Positions 55,928-64,000 of a stretch of 64,000 nt of DNA are shown piece after piece. Both the position numbers and the translations under genes were made by a program. This DNA comes from the human T2T-CHM13v2.0 reference genome, Homo sapiens, in the NCBI RefSeq assembly GCF_009914755.1, contig NC_060937.1. The stretch is one strand, 5' to 3'. Positions within the stretch are counted from its first letter, which is position 1. Each line of letters opens with the position of its first letter. The notes under the pieces are model-generated. The model was not told the DNA's origin. It made no database searches and worked only from the letters and a program-made list of their open reading frames with translations.

Positions 55928-56163
55928 GGCTGGGCGCAGTGGCTCACCCCTGTAATCCCAGCACTTTGGGAGGCCGAGGCAGGCGGATCACGAGGCCAGG
56001 AGATTGAGACCATCCTAGCTAACACGGTGAAACCCTGTCTCTACTAAAAATACAAAAAATTAGCCGGGCGTGGTGGCGGGCGCCTGTAGTCCCAGCTACA
56101 GTGAGCGGAGATTGCACCACTGCACTCCAGCCTGGGCGACAGAGCAAGACTCTGTCTCAAAAA
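55928..56163 (+). mobile_element. Alu (internally deleted) inside the tandem array
   Basis: ggctgggcgcagtggctcacccctgtaatcccagcactttgggaggccgaggcaggcggatcacgaggccaggagattgagacc...gcgacagagcaagactctgtctcaaaaag. Confidence 0.85.
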
Positions 56164-56491
56164 GACAGTGAAAGACAACTCCATATCTTAGACGATTTTG
56201 GCACAAACCTTTCTTATATTTACTATGTCTGAATATTCACGTTTTTATTTGAAAGTTGAATGGGTTCAAGCGTGTCTCTTCTTAGGTCTAAAAACGTGGT
56301 TTTACTAACTGTTCTAAGAAAGAATGTGTTTAATTCAGTGAAACAAAACAACACATCATAAGGATTTTTGGCACAAAACCTGTTCTCAGCTTTTACGTGT
56401 GCATATTTATATTCTTTTATTAGTGTCCACTGGGTTCGCAAATTTCTATTCTGTGTGTTAACAAAACTTACGTTTGAAAACTGTATTAACT

Positions 56492-56830
<339 letters not shown>

Positions 56831-58763
56831 TCAAAGAATACAGCCCATCATAAATATTCTGACACAAATTTTCTTGTAGCTTTTACAGCTGGATATTCGC
56901 ATTTTCTTTGAGGGCCTAGTATGTGCAGAATTGTGTAGTCAGAGATTCAGCACAATTTGAAAAGTGATCAATGTCAAAGCATGTTGAATTCATCAAAAAA
57001 GATAGTACATCATACAGTATTTGTGTGCCATATCTTGCTTTTAGCATTTAGGGCTGGATTTGCATAACTGCATAAAAAAACTAACTGGGCTCAGAAATGT
57101 TTCTTCTGAGCTTGGAAAAAACACGTTTTTGAAAGCTCTTCAAATAAAAGCCTGTTGAATTCAGTGAAAGAAAGCAGCACATTATACCGTATATGTGTGC
57201 CACATCTTTTAGCATTCAGAGCTGGTTATGTCTACCTGCCCTTAAAGGCTAACTTGGCTCAGAAATGTTTGCTCTGAGCTTGTACAAAACATAGTTTATA
57301 AAAATGTTCGAGAGCAAAACGTGGAATTCAGAAAAAAACCCCTGCATATCATGTAATATTTTGGCACAAAGCTTGCTTTTTTTTTAATACTAGAGCTGGT
57401 TATTCGTATCTTTCTATAAGGGCTACATGGGCTGAAGTGTGTGTTTTTTAGCTTCTATATAATGTAGGTTTGACAACTGTTCCAAATAAGAATTTATTTA
57501 ATTTAGTGAAAGAAAACAGCACAACATAATTAATTTAGGCAGAAGTTTGCTATTGGCTTTTAGGGCTGGATATTCTAATTGTCTGCGAGAACCTAGTATG
57601 CTCAGAATTCTGTTGTCTGATATTTGAAAAGATATGTCTTTGAAAACTGCTCTTAATCAAAACATGTTGAATTCAGAGAAAGAAAATAGCACATTATCTA
57701 GGTCTTTGGCACAAAGCTTGCGTTTACCTTTTAGGACTAGATATTCGCATTTTCTTTGTGGGCCTACTATGCTCAGAATTATGTTTTCTGAGATTTGACA
57801 AGATGTGTCTTTGAAAACTGCTCCTACTTAATACTTGAATTCAGTGAAAGAAAACAGCACATCATTCATTATTTGTGTGCCCTATCTTGCTTTTAGCATT
57901 TAGGGCTGCATATGCATATTTTCCTGGAATCAATAACTTGGCTCCAAACTGTTTTCTTTCTGAGCTTGTACAGAATGTGTTTTTTAAAGTGATCAGTGTC
58001 AAAATACGTTGAATTCAGTGAAAGAGAACAGCCCATTATCTAGGTTTTTGGCACAAATCTTGCATTTACTTCTTAGGGCTACTCACATGTTCTGTATAGC
58101 TTTACTATGCTCAGAATTGTGTTTCCTAAGATTTGACATGATGTGTCTTTGAAAACTGCTCTTATACATGTTAATATAAGTGAAAGAAAACAGCACATCA
58201 AACGTTATTTGTGTGCCATATCTTGCTGCCAGCATTTAGGGCTGCATATACATATCCTCCTGAAAATGCTAAATGGGCTTTGGAATAAATTTTTTCTTAG
58301 CTAGTAATAAACGTATATTTAAAAGTGATCAATGTCAGAACATCTTGAATTCAGTGAAAGAAACCTGCTTATTATAGACAATTTTGTCTCAAAGCTTGGG
58401 CTGAATATTTGTATCTTTCTATAAGAGCTCACTGGGCTCATACTTGTTTTTTTATCTTCTAGAAAACGTGGGTTTGATAACTGTTCTAAGTTGCAATGTG
58501 TTTAATTCAGTGAACGAAAATAGCATATCATAAAAATTTTTGGCACAAACCTTGTTATACCTTTTAGGGCTGGATATTCATATGCTTCTATCATTCTCTG
58601 CTATTCTCAAAATGTGTCTTCTGAGCATCAACAAAACTTGTGTTTGAAAACTGTTCTAAGTCAAAAAAATGGTTAATTTAGTCAAAGAACACAGCCCATC
58701 ATAAAATATTTTTGCAGAAACCTAGTTATTAGGTTTTAGGTCTGATATTTGCATTTTCTGTGA

Positions 58764-59104
<341 letters not shown>

Positions 59105-61870
59105 GAATATTTTTTTTTTGAAATTTGACAAGATGTGTCTTTGAAAACTGCTCTACATCAAATCAGGTAGAATTGAGTGAAAAAAAATGACAAATCATCT
59201 AGGTTTTTAAAACATAGCCTGCTTTTAGAATTTAGGGTTAAATATTTGTATTTTTTGTGATGTCCTACTATGTTTAGAATTGTGTCATCTGAGATTTGAC
59301 TAGATGTGTCTTGGAAAACTGCTCTTTGTTAATACATGTTGAATTCAATGAAAGAAAACAGCACATCATATATTATTTGTGTGCCATATATTGCTTCTAG
59401 CAATTAGGGTTGTATAATGCATACCTTCCAAAAAAGCACTAACTGGCCTACACAATGTTTTTTTCTGACCTTGTACAAAATGTGTTTCTGAAAAGTGATC
59501 AATATCAAAACATGTTTCCTTCAGTGAAAGAAAACAGCACATCATCTAGGTTTTGGGGACAAACCTTGTGTTTAACTGTCAGGGTAGATACTTGCATTTT
59601 CTGTGGAAGTCTACTTTGCTAAGAATTGTGTTTTCCAAGATTTGACAAGATATGTCTCTGAAACCTGGTCTTAGTTAATACATGTTGAATTTAGTGAACG
59701 AAAACAGTACATGATACATAATTTGTATGCCATATCTTGCTTTTAGCATTTAGGGCCGTATATGCATATCTTCCTGGATGCACTAACTTGGCTTTGAAGA
59801 GTTATTTTCTGAGCTTGTACAAAACGTGTTTTTCAAAAGTGATCAATGTCAAAACATGTTGAATTCAGTTACAGAAAACAGCACATCATCTAGGTTATTG
59901 ACACAAAGCTAGCATTTACCATTTAGGGCTAGATATTTACATTTTCTCTGTGGGCTTACTATGCTCAGAATTATGTTTTCTGAAATTTGACAAGATGTGT
60001 CATTAAAAACTGCTGATAGTTAATACATGTTGAATTCAGTGAAAGGAAGCAGCATATCATGCATTATTTGCATGTCATATTTTGCTCTTAGCATTTAGAG
60101 ATGTATATGCATTTCTTACTGGATGTGCTAATTAGGCTTCAAAATGTTATTTTCTGAGGTTGTACAAAATATGTGTTTAAAAAGTGATCAATGTCAAAAC
60201 ATGTTGAATTCAGTTAAAGAAAACAGCACATAGCTTTATGGCACTAAGCTTATGTTTATCTTTGACAGCTAGATATTGACATTTTCTGTGTAAGCCTACT
60301 GCGCTCAGAATTGTGTTTTCTGAGATTTGACAATATGTGTCTTTGGAAACTGTTCTTAGTTAATACGTGTTGAATTCAGTGAAAGAAACCAGCACATCAT
60401 ACATTATTTGTGTGCCATATCTTTCTTTTAGCATTTAGGGCTTTTATGCCTATCTTCCAGAAAGCACTAACTGGGCACAGAAATATTTTTTTCTGAGCTT
60501 GTACAAAGTGTGTTTTTGAAAAGTGATCAATGTCAAAACATGTCAAATTAAATGAACAAAAACAGCACATCATCTAGGTTTTTGGAACAAAGCTTGTGTT
60601 TACCTTTTAGAGCTAGATATTCACATTTTTTCTGTGGGCCTACTAAGTTCAAAATTGGGTTTTATGAGATTTGACAAGATATGTCTTTAAAACTGCTCCT
60701 AGTTAATACACGTTGAGTTCAGTAAAAGAAAACTGCACATCATACATTATTTCTGTTGCTATCTTGCTTTTAGCATTTAGTGCTGTATATGCGTATCTTC
60801 CTGGAGATGCTAAGTGGGCTCTGAAATGCTTTGTTCTGACCTTGTATGAATGGGTTTTTGAAAAGTGATCAATGTCAACACATGTTGAATTTAATGAAAG
60901 AGAACAGCAAATAACCTAGGTTTTTGGAACACAGCTTGCATTTACATTTTAGAGCTAGATACTCGCATTTTTTGTGTGAGGCTATTATGCTCTGAATTGT
61001 GTTTTTTGAGTTTTGACAAGATGTGTCTTTGAAAACTGCTATTAGTTAATACATGATGAATTCAGTGAAAAAACAACAGCAGATCATACATTGTTTTTGT
61101 GCCATGTCTTACTTTCAGCATTTAGGGCTGTATATGCCTATTTTCCTGGAAGTGCTAACTGGGCTCCAAGATGTTTCTTTCTGATCTTGTACAAACGTGC
61201 TTTTGAAAAGTGGTCAATGTCAAAACATGTTGAATTCAGTGAAATAAAACAGCACATTGTCTAAATTTTTGGCACGAAGCTTGAATTTACATTTCAGGGC
61301 TAGATATTCCCGTTTTCTGTGTGGTCCTACTTTGCTCAGAATTGTGTTTCTTGAGATTTGTCAAGATGTGTCCCTGAAAAGTGACCTTAGTTAATGTATG
61401 TTGAATTCAGTGAAATAAACAGCACATCGTATATTATTTGTGTGCCATGTCTTGCTTTTAGCATTTAGGGCTGTATACGCATATATTTCTGGAAGCGCTA
61501 ACTAGGCTTTGAAATATTTTTTTCTGAGCTTTTACAAAACGTGTGTTTGAAAAGTGATCATTGTCAAAACATGTTTATTTTATTGAAAGAAAATAGCACA
61601 TAATATAGATTTTTGGCACAAAGCTTGCGTTTAACTTTCAGGGTAGATAATCGCTTTTTCTGTGTGGGCCTACTGTGCTCAGAATTGTGTTTTTTGAGAT
61701 TTGACGAGATGTGTCTTGGGAACTTCTCTTAGTTAATACATGTTGAATTCAGTGAAAGAAAACAGCATATCATACATTATTTGTGTGCCATATCTTGCTT
61801 TTAGCATTTAGGGCTATATATGCATATTTTCCTGGAAGCACTAACTTGGTTCTGAAAAGTTTTTTTCTGA

Positions 61871-62220
<350 letters not shown>

Positions 62221-63799
62221 GGAAAAATTTTAACAGTGAGAAAATGATGACAGTTAATGAGATTTAATCTACCCAATTATCATGTTGCCTTTAACCTCCA
62301 ACTGCCTTTACTCAATCCTGGGCTTGTGTCGAGCTAACTTGGGGAGACATTTAGTTTATAGTTTAAATAAACTAAACTTTTCCCCCAAATTAACTGCCTT
62401 TGTAAATCTAACGAGAGGCTGTCAGGTTGTGAGCATGAGAGAAGTCTGAATTCTGCTAAGGTGTGGACATAAACAGTTACCAGCCATTATTCCAAAGATC
62501 ACAAGATTTGCAGCTTCTAATTACTCCTGCAGATAACATCACTGTTGTAGAACCTAAGACTGGTTTTTTAATATATCTTTTCAGGTTTTTGCATTGCTGA
62601 AGACTGACGACTTCACCCAGACCCACCAACTGGTCCTGGGACCCCCACCCAGGAACCCATTCAGTGCAGGAGGACAGCTTCAGCTCCCTGTGTCTTCACG
62701 TGTGACCCAATTGATCAGCACTTCCCTCTTCCTGGCCCCCTACTGACCAAACTATCCTTTAAAAACCCTAGTCACTGAGTTTCCAGGGAGACTAATTTGA
62801 CTAATAATAAAACTGGTCTCCCATTCAGCCAGCTCTGCATGAATTAAACTTTCTCTATTGCATTCCCCTGTCTTAACAAATCAGCTGTACCTGGGCACTG
62901 GGCAAAATGAACCCATTGGATGGCTACATATGTCCAGGTTAATCCCGTCATCACTGGGGGACTTGTGTAGGGGATTTTGGCTCTGGAAAGGATGGATTAG
63001 AGATCTGTGTTCTCCAGACTGAAGTGTGCAGATTATTGCCAAGAAAAACCTCTGAGAAGCACAAGCTCAGGCCTTGGGGACTTCACGCATGTCGGTTGCC
63101 TGCTGAATAGGAGGCTCCTGTGTCCACCCTCACAGCTTGGTCCTCACTTATATGAGCCCAACTGGGAATGCTCTCTGTGATTCAGGTCCACTTACTTCTA
63201 GAATGCTCAGGTAGGAAGTAAACATTAGAAGCAGATGAAGTATGTTACCCCAGGAGCATAGTAGATTAGCCATTGACTTGTTTTCCCCCTGTTGGATCTT
63301 AATCTTCCATGCAAATTAATCACCAAGGGCTCAAAAACAGCCCTTGGATTAACATGCTCTGTTCACAGTCCTGGCATGTTGGGACCCAAGCCCAGTCCCT
63401 CATGGGGAGGGACTTCACTTTCTTTTGCTCCTCCCCAGTAGCCCTCCTATTGGTTTGGATACAGCTACCCTGGGTTTGGCTCCTGCCTTTTCCTTCACAG
63501 TTGCTACCCAGGAACAGGGAAAAAAGGGGTCTGCTATTGATGATGTTGGTAACCCCCACTGGGTGAACCTCACTGGGTGAACAGGTCAGCCACACACGCT
63601 ACAAAAAAGAAGGGCATCTGCCTCAACAGTAGAGTGAAGAAAGGCAGAAGTCTGCTCCTTATGAGCTAGCCTCCAGGGCATACAAAGACATTCTTACACA
63701 TTCATTCCTTTTTGTATTCACTTTTTGAACATTTATTGGGCATCTGTAGTATGCTGGGACATTCATTGGTTCTGAAGACATGGAGATAAACATTGGGGT

Positions 63800-64000
63800 A
63801 CTCTGATCCATAAAACAAATACTTCTAAACCTGCAAAAAACTTAGCCACACACTAATAGTGGGGAACTTCAACATCCTACTGACAGCTTTAAATGGATGA
63901 TTGTGGTGAAAACTAACAAAGAAATTCTGGACTTAAACTTGACACTTGACGAATTTGACCTAATAGTCTTATTGTTTTATCCAAATTACCACTGTGTCCC
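63800..64000 (+). mobile_element. L1 ORF2 5'-region fragment (continues past the window end)
   Basis: acactaatagtggggaacttcaacatcctactgacagctttaaatggatgattgtggtgaaaactaacaaagaaattctggacttaaacttgacacttgacgaatttgacctaatag parallels the L1 endonuclease-domain sequence aataatagtgggagacttcaacaccccactgtcaacattagacagatc...aagcggacctaataga. Confidence 0.6.

Noticed and set aside
62250-63750. Possible solo LTR (aataaaactggtctcccattcagcc poly-A signal context, tg...ca-like ends)
   Set aside because: I could not match it to any LTR family from memory, and there are no clear target-site duplications, so I left it unannotated.

Overview
This window is human (primate) genomic DNA, not a prokaryotic locus. 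About 45 Alu SINEs, L1/L2/MIR fragments, a Tigger1 DNA transposon and two LTR12 (HERV9) solo LTRs dominate the sequence. The one protein-coding gene I can support is the 5' half of PARP4 (vault poly(ADP-ribose) polymerase) on the minus strand. It has 16 consecutive coding exons, from the ATG at 36939 down to 2175, encoding roughly aa 1-706 (BRCT, PARP catalytic H-Y-E and the start of the VIT domain). Every intron boundary is a canonical GT-AG site that I read directly, and the reading phase is continuous. A CpG island at about 45.5-46.1 kb is the likely promoter with a non-coding exon 1. The gene continues beyond position 1. Upstream of the promoter, at 52.3-61.9 kb, lies a ~9.6 kb tandem array. 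It is built from a ~341-bp dimer of two diverged ~170-bp monomers, contains an internally inverted divergent block and carries several Alu insertions. I cannot assign it to a named satellite family. Other structure includes LTR12 nested in Tigger1, three retroelement insertions into one 12-bp target, a young AluY inside an older Alu, a sense-oriented LTR12 in PARP4 intron 1, a ~300-bp inverted duplicate pair and a 103-bp tandem duplication. There are no CRISPR arrays, rRNA/tRNA genes or operon-like gene clusters. Coordinates of repeats are within a few bp. Exon coordinates were derived by hand from the splice motifs.
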